From the NCBI RefSeq assembly GCF_009914755.1, contig NC_060933.1: a stretch of 64,000 nucleotides of DNA; one strand, given 5' to 3'. Positions 1 through 64,000 of the stretch are shown piece by piece (position 1 is the stretch's first letter; the number at the start of each line of letters is the position of its first letter). The notes under the pieces were generated by a model. That model did not search any database. It was not told where the DNA came from and saw nothing but the letters and a program-made list of their open reading frames with translations. The DNA is from the human T2T-CHM13v2.0 reference genome, Homo sapiens. A program made the position numbers and the translations under genes.

Positions 1-105
1 GGAAGTGTTGGTACCAGGGGCTTTGAGTGGGGGACCAAGAAGCGCCTGCCTGCCCTGGCTGTAGGCAGTTGCTTCCGGGTGGGCGTGGAACAGCGGGATA
101 CTCAC

Positions 106-63604
<63,499 letters not shown>

Positions 63605-63634
63605 GGGGGCTCCAGGCCTCAGCAAAACAGGGAG
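63605..63634 (-). other. SARDH: SARDH exon 2 5'UTR part (30 nt)
   Basis: Acceptor ctgattctctccccag| lies immediately upstream of 63634 on the minus strand. Confidence 0.8.
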
Positions 63635-63760
63635 CTGGGGAGAGAATCAGAGCTGGGTGGGGTGCAGAGGGGACACGCTGGGGGCTGTGCTGAGTACCCA
63701 GGGAAATAAGGGCCCTATGGTGTTACCTCCCAGGGCCTTCCTCTTGCCACTTCCCCATGG

Positions 63761-63912
63761 CATTCATTCATTCACTCATTCATTCATTCATTCACTCATT
63801 CATTCATTCACTCATTCATTCATTCACTCATTCATTCATTCACTCATTCATTCACTCATTCATTCATTCACTCATTCATTCATTCATTCACTCATTCATT
63901 CATTCATTCATT
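63761..63912. repeat. (CATT/CACT)n tetranucleotide repeat in intron 1, likely an L2 tail expansion
   Basis: About 38 CATT/CACT units. Confidence 0.97.
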
Positions 63913-64000
63913 CTGTGTGTATGTATTAAGGGCCTGGTATGCAGCAGGCTCTGTCAGTGCCCGGGGGCAACCTTGGTGAGGATAGGTCTCTGCCAGCCCA

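Overview
Human (primate) GC-rich genomic DNA, occupied end to end by the minus-strand SARDH gene (mitochondrial sarcosine dehydrogenase; 9q34.2 by recognition). I assembled 18 coding exons (conventional exons 2-19). All have AG/GT boundaries with compatible phases, giving 2,495 nt of continuous CDS (about 831 of ~918 aa). The last two exons lie left of the window, and exon 1 and the promoter lie right of it. The introns hold 17 Alus, several old L1 fragments, MaLR/ERV LTRs, DNA-transposon relics (Tigger4a, MER3, MER53), minisatellites and microsatellites. I found no evidence of a new gene or multi-gene system. The most interesting signals concern splicing and translation: (1) an identical in-frame 5' splice site 18 nt downstream of the exon-2 donor, next to the covalent-FAD histidine; (2) a degenerate minisatellite that copied the exon-3 donor into three in-phase decoys; (3) a strong-Kozak Met23 just after the targeting peptide, behind a weaker first ATG; (4) inverted Alus around exons 7 and 8; (5) a miR-1302-like MER53 hairpin; (6) several candidate intronic enhancers. 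Repeat subfamily names and reference-allele comparisons are from memory, not from a search.
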